From: an uncultured Chloroherpeton sp.
GTDB taxonomy: Bacteria > Bacteroidota > Ignavibacteria > Kapaibacteriales > UBA2268
Assembly: GCA_964405755.1 (NCBI GenBank)
Contig: CAYOPF010000001.1
Location: 44,311 to 63,701, forward strand
Direction of reading: 5' to 3'
DNA length: 19,391 nt
Under the pieces are notes generated by a model. It saw nothing but the letters and a program-made list of their open reading frames with translations. It had not been told where the DNA came from and made no database searches. Numbering within the stretch: the first letter of the stretch is position 1; each line of letters opens with the position of its first letter. The position numbers and the translations under genes were made by a program. This document shows positions 7,845 through 15,513 of this stretch, one piece after another.

Positions 7845-8246
7845 ATGGATAGCAGTATTTTAAATTCTCTATTAATTTTGTCTGCCTGTGTTATTGTCTT
7901 ATTCGGGATATCTAACTATCTAAAAAAAATTAATAAGAAAAACCTAGGCAACTTAGGTGATTACGAAGGTAAAATTCTCTCGAGAATACCATTGATGAAA
8001 AACTCTTTTTTATACATTGTTAAAATTGGAAACAGAACCTTTCTTCTTGGAGCTAGCGATAAATCGGTATCATTAATTTCGGAATTGAAGCCAAATCAAT
8101 CAGAAGTCGGGGCAGCAGAATTTCCTAACCATTCTTATGCAACAACCACCAAAAAGGTGCAAACAATAGAAGAAGTTCAGAATAATAACCCAAATGATTT
8201 GTCTTTTCGTGCATTTTTAAAGTCAGCATTCTCAAAAAATAATTAG
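7845..8246 (+). CDS. fliO: Flagellar biosynthesis protein FliO/FliZ-like small membrane protein.
   Basis: It has a single N-terminal TM helix followed by 'GKILSRIPLMKNSFLYIVKIGNRTFLLGASDKSVSLISEL'. This matches the FliO pattern (...l.lv.vgg..llLGvt...i.ll.el), and the gene sits directly after fliN. Confidence 0.55.
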   Translation: MDSSILNSLLILSACVIVLFGISNYLKKINKKNLGNLGDYEGKILSRIPLMKNSFLYIVKIGNRTFLLGASDKSVSLISELKPNQSEVGAAEFPNHSYATTTKKVQTIEEVQNNNPNDLSFRAFLKSAFSKNN

Positions 8247-8270
8247 TTTTGTAATTCTGTTTATTTTAGT

Positions 8271-8303
8271 TAACAAATTTATTAATTTGTTATTTTTATT
8301 ATT
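8271..8303 (+). terminator. Weak all-A/T hairpin (TAACAAATT-tatt-AATTTGTTA) plus a T-run; a possible attenuating terminator after fliO.
   Basis: A 9-bp stem at 8271-8279/8284-8292 contains only one G:C pair. It is followed by 'tttttattatttt' running into the TTG start of the next gene. Confidence 0.2.
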
Positions 8304-10565
8304 TTGGAAAAGATTACAAAACATATCTTAATATTATTATTACTGGGTTTTGCTATTAATATTAGCAATGCTCAACTATCCAGTATTTCGGATGAACTCT
8401 ATCCATCGATAATCAATAAAGAATTTAACGAGATAAATGTAATCAATTTTATTGGTGCTTCGCAAAACTCTCAGAATGATCTCTCCAATTATATTTCCTC
8501 CAAGGCAACTATCAATAATTTACCTTATAAGTTTTTCTCTTCTTTTTATTACGAATTTGAGCGTAATCCTTCGATGAGCATATTTATTCAAAACGAATTT
8601 CGAAAAGGACTGATAAATCTTAGGGAAAACGTACCATTTTTCGATAAAACAACAGCTGAAAATGATTTAATATCTATTAGGAATTATTATCAATTAAATG
8701 GGTACCACGATGCTATGGTTAGTTATAGGTTCTATCCATCTGCAAGGACAAAGGAAAACATACTTGATTTTATTATATATGAGGGCAAAAGATATGTGAT
8801 TCAGGATGTTGTTTACAAAGGATTGGAAGATGTAGCCGACGAACTTAGAGGAAGAATTGGAGAATTGAAGAATATTAAAGTTAATAACCATTTTAATGAG
8901 CCATTTATTCAGAACTCTTTAAATACATTAACCTCTTACCTTCGAAATAATGGGTATTTTAGTGCGGGATATTCTACTCCTATTGTAAGTATCGATACAA
9001 CTCTGAAGTCAGATTTTATAACAGTCAATTTCTCTTTAGGTAATCGCTATCGAATAGGTTCAATCGATTTTATTGATAGTTCCAATTACCAACCACTGAT
9101 AGCCGCGGATATGAAAAGGAAACAGCTAGCCTTCGAAAATGGTCAATGGTATAGTTTTCTGAAAGTGGATCAAACAAAAGATAATTTCCTTTCTCTTGGC
9201 TTATTCGAAATTGTGGCTATAGATACAACGTCACGATTTAGTCCACAAAATGATAGCACATTGAACTTTGTAGTTTTCCTTTCGTACCGGAAGCAACAGG
9301 AGTATGGGGTAGGTTTTTCGTTGAATCAAACCCGTATGGATAATTTGGTAAACATTGGTCTCGAGGCAAATTACCGGCATCGTAATATTTTTAACGCAGC
9401 TCAGGAATTCTCGCCGTTTGCAAATATTTATGCAAAGGATATTTTTTCAACAATTACTTCGGGCAGTTTGGAGTTGGAAACACAAATAGGTTTTAAATTC
9501 TCTCAGCCCTTGCTTTGGATAATAGACAACAGCAGGATATCCCTGCTAACCTCACTAAGCTACTCGCTGAGATCGTTGAATAATTTCTTCACTATATCTA
9601 CCTTGAACCTGCCAGTAACATTTGCAATACGTTTCCCCAAAATAACCTATTTCAATCGTGGAAGCATAGATTTCCAGTTTTTACGCGAGAACCCACTTAA
9701 TTTCGAAGAAGCGTTAAGCGAAGCAATTTCTTCTGCAAAAAATGAACAAGACATAAATAATATACTTCAAGCATTTCTGCTTTATCAGGATTTATCGAAT
9801 TATCTAAACGAACAAAGTTACCATTTTTTCACCTCGAACATCATTGGTTTTTCGCTAACCGGCGAGACAAGAAATAATCCTTTTTCGCCCACGAATGGCT
9901 ATTTTACTTATTTTGGTTTAGATGGCTGGGATCCAATATTCTTTCCTAAAGAAGTATCTGGATTGGCAAGATATTTTAGACTTCAGTTTACTCATTACCA
10001 GTTTTTCAAGCTTACCCCTACAACTACTTTAGGTCTGAAAGGAAGGTTTGGGGGTATTCAACTGCTGGAGGAAGGTAATAGTTATGTCCCAATCGACAGG
10101 CAATTCTTCTGTGGTGGAGCTAATAGCGTTCGAGCTTGGCCATCACGCCAATTGCGTTATTCAAATTTCACTTCGGATAGTTTAGATAATAAGAACACAT
10201 TTTTGTTTTTGCAAAATTTTATCGGTAATGGTGTTTTAATAGAAGGTAGTGTTGAATTTCGTTTTGGTTTTCCAAAACCACCTGGTTTGAATGTGTTTTT
10301 ACAGAATTTAGTCGAAAACTTAAAAACAACTTTATTCTTGGATTTTGGAAATGCCTTTCACTGGTTTTTGAGCAATGAAGATATCGAAGTTAAGCCTTTG
10401 GATTATATTACAAAACTCGCTGTTGGAGCAGGCATAGGCATTCGCTACGAAACCCCAATCGGACCATTGAGAGTTGATTTTGCTGTGCCAATATACGATC
10501 CGTTATACATAAGAAAACCATTTCGTTCAGTTACATTTAATTTTGGGTTAGGACATGCATTTTAA
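8304..10565 (+). CDS. Omp85-family (BamA/TamA-like) outer-membrane protein.
   Basis: TTG start with no in-frame ATG available. Signal peptide 'MEKITKHILILLLLGFAINISNAQ'. 'FFCGGANSVRAWPSRQL' matches the conserved Omp85 L6-loop GGxxSVRG[FY] motif in the variant VRAW. The C-terminus is 'FNFGLGHAF', ending in Phe. The gene is adjacent to cdsA, as bamA is in many genomes. Confidence 0.6.
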   Translation: MEKITKHILILLLLGFAINISNAQLSSISDELYPSIINKEFNEINVINFIGASQNSQNDLSNYISSKATINNLPYKFFSSFYYEFERNPSMSIFIQNEFRKGLINLRENVPFFDKTTAENDLISIRNYYQLNGYHDAMVSYRFYPSARTKENILDFIIYEGKRYVIQDVVYKGLEDVADELRGRIGELKNIKVNNHFNEPFIQNSLNTLTSYLRNNGYFSAGYSTPIVSIDTTLKSDFITVNFSLGNRYRIGSIDFIDSSNYQPLIAADMKRKQLAFENGQWYSFLKVDQTKDNFLSLGLFEIVAIDTTSRFSPQNDSTLNFVVFLSYRKQQEYGVGFSLNQTRMDNLVNIGLEANYRHRNIFNAAQEFSPFANIYAKDIFSTITSGSLELETQIGFKFSQPLLWIIDNSRISLLTSLSYSLRSLNNFFTISTLNLPVTFAIRFPKITYFNRGSIDFQFLRENPLNFEEALSEAISSAKNEQDINNILQAFLLYQDLSNYLNEQSYHFFTSNIIGFSLTGETRNNPFSPTNGYFTYFGLDGWDPIFFPKEVSGLARYFRLQFTHYQFFKLTPTTTLGLKGRFGGIQLLEEGNSYVPIDRQFFCGGANSVRAWPSRQLRYSNFTSDSLDNKNTFLFLQNFIGNGVLIEGSVEFRFGFPKPPGLNVFLQNLVENLKTTLFLDFGNAFHWFLSNEDIEVKPLDYITKLAVGAGIGIRYETPIGPLRVDFAVPIYDPLYIRKPFRSVTFNFGLGHAF

Positions 10566-11250
10566 TAAAAATACTTATCAGAAAATAGCTTTCGAAGATG
10601 GATTGTTCGACGCTGTTATTTGTCTGAATACGAAGAATCCCGATATCGAATTAATCCGATCTTTAACAGAAATTCCAATACTTGCAGCAGATGGTGCGGG
10701 AGTATATTTATTAGAAAATGGCATAGTTCCCAATTATGTCATTGGTGATTTGGATTCCTTTGGGAAAGAAGAGTTATCCAAACAATATCCTGCAGAGAAA
10801 TTAATTCACTTGCCAGACCAGGAAAGAAACGATTTTGAAAAAACTCTGGATTTTGCAAGAAGAATGAACTATCACAAATTAATCGTATTTGGAATTCACG
10901 GTGGTGAATACGAACATTCCCTGAATAACTGGAGTGTGCTGAGCAAGTATTCCGATATTATGAATATTGTGATTTTCGACTTGGACAGATATGGCTTTTG
11001 CGTTTCCAGAAGTTCCTGTATCGAAACTATCCCCAACGAAATTATCTCATTAATCCCCAAAGGATATGCAAAAATTACAACAAACGGATTAAAATGGAAT
11101 TTAATCGAAGAGTCCTTAGCTTTGGGAGTTCGAGAAGGTGCACGTAATATTGCTTTAGCCAACGATATTACTCTCGACTTATCGGATGGAGAAATTTTTG
11201 TTTTTATTAATTCACGATTTCCTAAAATTTTAACAAAAGGAATATTATGA
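10555..11250 (+). CDS. Thiamine diphosphokinase (TPK).
   Basis: 'ILAADGAGVYLLENGIVPNYVIGDLDSF' and 'DQERNDFEKTL' match the TPK catalytic and thiamine-binding motifs (GDFDS; DxxxTD). It overlaps the Omp85 gene by 11 nt. Confidence 0.65.
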   Translation: MHFNKNTYQKIAFEDGLFDAVICLNTKNPDIELIRSLTEIPILAADGAGVYLLENGIVPNYVIGDLDSFGKEELSKQYPAEKLIHLPDQERNDFEKTLDFARRMNYHKLIVFGIHGGEYEHSLNNWSVLSKYSDIMNIVIFDLDRYGFCVSRSSCIETIPNEIISLIPKGYAKITTNGLKWNLIEESLALGVREGARNIALANDITLDLSDGEIFVFINSRFPKILTKGIL

Positions 11251-12104
11251 AAGAGTTATTAAACAGAATTTTAGTTGCTTTAATAGGTATTCCACTTGGA
11301 ATTTATATAATTTGGTATGGAAGTTGGTTCTATTTTGTATCTATTGTTATGATTTCATCAATTGCTTTGTATGAATTGCACAAATTGGTTAAGGCTTGTG
11401 AAATAATAGATTACTTTTGGATAAATCTACTCACTCTTATCTCTGTTCTTTTTTTTACCGGATTTATTACATTGCTCGATTTCTCGATTATTCGTCCTTA
11501 TCTTATCACTAAGTCCTCGACTATTCTCCTCACATACTTTATTGTTTATTTTGTTGTATTGTTGTTATTCACTTTATTTTTCAGTACCAACAACAGAATA
11601 GTTACATTTTCGGTAACAGTCGGTACTTTGTTTTATGTACTTTTGCCATTTGTTAGTTTAATAATGCTACGAATGTATGATTTTGGCACAATCAATTACA
11701 AAAATTCCTGGATGTTGATTCTTACCTACTTTTTTAGTATTTGGATTTGCGATACTTTTGCGTATTTTATTGGGAAACAATGGGGAAAACACAAAATCGC
11801 ACCTTCGGTGAGCCCCAAAAAAAGTTGGGAAGGAGGAGTTGCAGGTCTGATTGGTTCTATTTTTTCTTTCATTTTGTTTAGTTATATTTTCAATATTCAA
11901 TTGAGTGTTGTTCATCAAATTGCATTAGGTTTTATAATCGGATTGTTCGGCCAGATTGGCGATTTTGTAGAATCCAGTTTCAAGCGAGATGCCGGTTTAA
12001 AAGATACTTCAAACATGCTAGGGAAACACGGAGGAATACTTGATAGGTTTGATAGTATCATTTTTACTTCTCCAATCGTACTATTATATATAATAAATCT
12101 TTAA
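11247..12104 (+). CDS. cdsA: Phosphatidate cytidylyltransferase (CDP-diglyceride synthase).
   Basis: Polytopic membrane protein. 'SPKKSWEGGVAGLIGS' and 'KRDAGLKDTSNMLGKHGGILDRFDSIIFTSPIV' match the CdsA signature. The ATGA overlaps the TPK stop. Confidence 0.85.
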   Translation: MKELLNRILVALIGIPLGIYIIWYGSWFYFVSIVMISSIALYELHKLVKACEIIDYFWINLLTLISVLFFTGFITLLDFSIIRPYLITKSSTILLTYFIVYFVVLLLFTLFFSTNNRIVTFSVTVGTLFYVLLPFVSLIMLRMYDFGTINYKNSWMLILTYFFSIWICDTFAYFIGKQWGKHKIAPSVSPKKSWEGGVAGLIGSIFSFILFSYIFNIQLSVVHQIALGFIIGLFGQIGDFVESSFKRDAGLKDTSNMLGKHGGILDRFDSIIFTSPIVLLYIINL

Positions 12105-12109
12105 TTTTG
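12102..12109 (+). promoter_or_regulatory. TAnnTTTG-type -7 box (TAATTTTG) inside the cdsA 3' end, 34 nt upstream of the ATG at 12144.
   Basis: Direct match, with an AAGGTGA RBS following at 12134-12140. Confidence 0.3.
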
Positions 12110-12143
12110 TAATCAAACATTTTATTTTATATTAAGGTGAATT

Positions 12144-12707
12144 ATGAAGACTAAACTTTTATCAATTCTGGCACTTTTAATTTTTGCTTTACCTATGTTT
12201 TCTCAGAATACCGACGATGAGGATAAATTTAATCCTTTCAAGATTGATGATAAAATGAAATATTACAACAAAGATGGTTACGAATATACTTACAATTATT
12301 CATTCGAAAGAGTTTACAATGCCTGCAAAAAGGTTATCGAAGATCTGGGGTGTCAAATCCTAAATCAGTCCTATAATCAGACAGACGAAGGTTTATACAA
12401 AGGTAAGGTGTTCTCGGATTATTGTGTATTTGCAAGCAAATCCGACACGATTGTCGATGCTCTGTCACGTTATAGTGTACGTGTTCCAGTTATCCGTGGA
12501 GGAGTTTGGATTAATGGACGCATCCAATACAAGTTTATCTTAACAGAAAATAGTGACGGAACCACAAAAATGAAATTAACTGGTCAGATTAGCGGACGCG
12601 AAGATTATGTTACTTCCAAAGTGCATTTCTGGGAGTCCAATGGGTTGTTCGAGATGGCAATACTAGAAAGAATCAATATTTTGCTTTTCGAAACCCAAAG
12701 GGAATAA
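12144..12707 (+). CDS. Hypothetical secreted protein, 187 aa, no recognisable family.
   Basis: AAGGTGA RBS. Signal peptide 'MKTKLLSILALLIFALPMFSQ'. It carries four Cys residues and no motif I can assign. Confidence 0.5.
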   Translation: MKTKLLSILALLIFALPMFSQNTDDEDKFNPFKIDDKMKYYNKDGYEYTYNYSFERVYNACKKVIEDLGCQILNQSYNQTDEGLYKGKVFSDYCVFASKSDTIVDALSRYSVRVPVIRGGVWINGRIQYKFILTENSDGTTKMKLTGQISGREDYVTSKVHFWESNGLFEMAILERINILLFETQRE

Positions 12708-12802
12708 TTAAAAGGACCTTTTTTTAAATGCTGACTTCAACATCAATTTATTTAAAAAGTCTGCTGAATATGTATTTCCAAGACAAATGTAGAACAAAAA
12801 AA

Positions 12803-12829
12803 AGGGGTGAGTTTCAAAAACTCACCCCT
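12803..12829 (-). terminator. Rho-independent terminator, usable in both directions but strongest for the minus-strand gene.
   Basis: AGGGGTGAGTTT-caa-AAACTCACCCCT forms a perfect 12-bp stem. It is preceded by A9 at 12795-12803, which is a T9 tail on the minus strand. It sits 23 nt after the stop of the 12853..15231 gene. Confidence 0.8.
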
Positions 12830-12852
12830 TCGTAATTATAATAACACTAAAA

Positions 12853-15231
12853 CTAATTTTGTTTTACTACTTTTACTGACAAGTTATCATTTCTATCGCT
12901 GAAATTCAAGAAATATACTCCATTTGGCAATTTACTTAAATCAACCTTTTGGTTTTTACTCCCATTTCCAATATTCTGTTGCATGATAAAATTGTCATCG
13001 ACATTGAAAACTTCCAAGAATAAGTCAGAATTTTGTGATAAAATATCAAATTCAGCAAAATCTTTTACTATTTGAGATTTCATTGAGACTAATATATTTC
13101 CTAACTGGCTGTATTCAATTGTCTCGTCTGTGCTTTCTTTATTCAATGGGACGTTTACAAACAAGTTGCGAGGATTGGAAGCACAATTATTATTATCGAA
13201 TACAATTAATTTATACTGATTCAATCCAGTATTTGGATATACTTCCGCAGGGTTGTTTATAACATTCCCATTTCCATCGGTCCATAAAAATATATAAGGT
13301 TCTGCTCCGTATAGGTTCGTAATCAGATTATTCAAATTTAAAGGCATATACTTTGGATGCGAAATTAACGAAGGTAACGAAAACCTGGGTTGTTGATTAA
13401 TTCCAATATTAACAGTAGTTTGAGCGGTCAATCCAGTAACGTTGTCTTTTACGTTTAGTGTAACAATTCTTGGAACAGAGGGATTGCGATAAATTGGATT
13501 ATCGGAACGGTAATTATCAAAAAGTGAGATTGGTATCCACGAATACGAATAATTACCTGAACCATTAACAACAGTAATATTTTGTCCATAAGGGCTAATT
13601 ACTGCCATTTGGGTTGAAGTGTTTTTGCAAACATTAGTATTGGTTAAATTTATCACAGGTTTGGTGATTACCTGAAAAATTGACACACTACCACTTATTT
13701 CGTTTGCAACAACAATTAGATTTTGCCCATTAGGAGACTGATTGGCAGGAATGAATTTAATACTTTCTGGTCCTAAGTCTCCAATAACTTCCAATTGAGA
13801 TTTGGTTGGATTACTTGGAAAAGGAGCACTGAAATTGCGATGATTAAAATAGGTAACATAACTTGGCGACATCGGATTGGTAATATCGTAAACAAAGAAT
13901 CCACCTGTTCTTTCCAATACGATAAAGGCATATAATTTATTATCAATTTGAGCTACAACTACATCTTCGGGTTCGGGTCCTTTGTTGTCGCTTCGCGTAT
14001 CGAACGAATTTGAAGTATGTTCGGTATTAAAATAACTTGGGTAAATCTGTGCTAAACGGTTTTCGAATTCAGAACCGCTATCCCAGATTAAATTTAGATT
14101 TTCATCCCAAATAGAGAACGAACGACCACCGAAAACATACAATTCTTCGAATAATCCATCTTTGTTAGCATCCCCTGTTGCCGCTGTAACATTTAACCTA
14201 CCCAAATTTTCGTTCTTCTTCAAATCTGCGCTATTTGGGAATGCAACTGGATCCAGATTTAACGAACTAACTCGTTTTTCTTCAGAGAAACCAGAATAAT
14301 CTCGTGAATCGCCCTCGTTAGCAGTTGCTAAATATGTTTTATTATTAGTTACAAAATTTGCAATACCGTCTGGTTGGTACATTCCAAACACAGGCCAGTT
14401 TTTAATATTAATTTTATTATCTCGATCGCTTGCATCAAATTCATTACCAGTGATATTGTGATTTTTGTAACCTAAAGGTTTTAGGTAAACAATGCTACCA
14501 TTTGTAATATCAATTTTGGCGACTGCATTATTTTCCTGTAAAGTTATAAAGGCATATTTGCTATCTTTGTCGATTGTTGCATATTCTGGCTCTAAATCTC
14601 TTGATGTGGATGCATTAGGTCCAAAAATACGAATTCCCTGGCTCCTTAATAAATTTTCCTGACCATCGAAAGCAGTAAAATCAACGTTGGTTACAATCGG
14701 GTTATTAACCCCATTTATCAAGTCGATAATCGACACTGTTCCCTTGGGATCAATTGTATAAGTGTTGTCTGGTTCTCCTTCGTTGCAAACAACTATATAT
14801 CTTCCATTCGGAGAAAATGTCAACATGTCGGGTAATGCACCAACTGTAACGTGATTTAAATAATTTCCATCAGCATCGAAGAATACGACATTACCATTGT
14901 CGGTTTTGGTAGTTTGCTCGACAGCAACAACCACCAATCCATTAAGCACTGCAACACTGTTAGCGGTTGCACCCCAGCTCCCCAATGCAATTTGTGTTTT
15001 TAATGTTGGCATATTTACATTGCTCAAGTCCAATATCACTAAATTTGAAGATACAGCATTAACCAAAAACAATTGTTTGGAATCGGGATCGTACGCAGTT
15101 ATCTCTGCAGCACTCTGATTAAAAAGTCCTGTATGGTAAGAACTAATGTGTTTGATTTGAAAAATATTGTTTGCTATCCCATTATATGCAAACAACACAA
15201 ATACAATTAAGGCATGAGAAATTTTTCTCAT
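12853..15231 (-). CDS. T9SS-secreted protein with a choice-of-anchor-I-like beta-propeller domain and Ig-like repeats, function unknown.
   Basis: ATG with GGAG 8 nt upstream. Signal peptide 'MRKISHALIVFVLFAYNGIA'. Hallmark motifs 'NEGEP', 'ATANEGDSRDY', 'FGGRSFSIWD', 'KGPEPEDV' and LVIVD-like 'LVILDLSN' are present. Two 'C..G..Y.Y.W'-type Ig-like modules follow. The C-terminal T9SS sorting domain reads '...LEVFNVDDN...LSKLPNGVYFLNFSDRNDNLSVKVVKQN'. Confidence 0.6.
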   Translation of the reverse strand: MRKISHALIVFVLFAYNGIANNIFQIKHISSYHTGLFNQSAAEITAYDPDSKQLFLVNAVSSNLVILDLSNVNMPTLKTQIALGSWGATANSVAVLNGLVVVAVEQTTKTDNGNVVFFDADGNYLNHVTVGALPDMLTFSPNGRYIVVCNEGEPDNTYTIDPKGTVSIIDLINGVNNPIVTNVDFTAFDGQENLLRSQGIRIFGPNASTSRDLEPEYATIDKDSKYAFITLQENNAVAKIDITNGSIVYLKPLGYKNHNITGNEFDASDRDNKINIKNWPVFGMYQPDGIANFVTNNKTYLATANEGDSRDYSGFSEEKRVSSLNLDPVAFPNSADLKKNENLGRLNVTAATGDANKDGLFEELYVFGGRSFSIWDENLNLIWDSGSEFENRLAQIYPSYFNTEHTSNSFDTRSDNKGPEPEDVVVAQIDNKLYAFIVLERTGGFFVYDITNPMSPSYVTYFNHRNFSAPFPSNPTKSQLEVIGDLGPESIKFIPANQSPNGQNLIVVANEISGSVSIFQVITKPVINLTNTNVCKNTSTQMAVISPYGQNITVVNGSGNYSYSWIPISLFDNYRSDNPIYRNPSVPRIVTLNVKDNVTGLTAQTTVNIGINQQPRFSLPSLISHPKYMPLNLNNLITNLYGAEPYIFLWTDGNGNVINNPAEVYPNTGLNQYKLIVFDNNNCASNPRNLFVNVPLNKESTDETIEYSQLGNILVSMKSQIVKDFAEFDILSQNSDLFLEVFNVDDNFIMQQNIGNGSKNQKVDLSKLPNGVYFLNFSDRNDNLSVKVVKQN

Positions 15232-15451
15232 AATTGCTCCATTTATAAATAATATAAAAAATCTAAATTACTTTACATATCTTAATATCCAGTAAATTGT
15301 CTGTTAAGAGAAATTTATTATTCAATAAGTATTGTTTGTAGGTTATATATAGTCGACACTTTTAAGAACTATTAGATTTAAAAGTATTTTAAATCCTGAA
15401 AAATGAATTAAAATTAATTTATATTTTAGTTAAATAACCTTAAAAATTTAG

Positions 15452-15459
15452 TAATTTTG
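15452..15459 (+). promoter_or_regulatory. TAnnTTTG-type -7 box (TAATTTTG), 54 nt upstream of the PFOR ATG.
   Basis: Direct match in the 282-bp AT-rich intergenic region. The spacing is longer than for the other boxes in this window. Confidence 0.2.
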
Positions 15460-15513
15460 AGTTTAATAATAAGTAAAAATTAAAATAATATATAACAAAT
15501 TCAAAGGTTAAAA

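Noticed and set aside
12708-12760. Possible small hairpin AAAAGG-a-CCTTTTTTT right after the stop of the 12144..12707 gene.
   Set aside because: The loop would be 1 nt, which is sterically impossible. Alternative pairings give stems of 4 bp or less. The downstream 12803-12829 hairpin is the credible terminator.
15409-15418. AT-only palindrome AAATTAATTT upstream of PFOR.
   Set aside because: Short A/T palindromes are expected by chance in a 282-bp region with more than 80% A+T.
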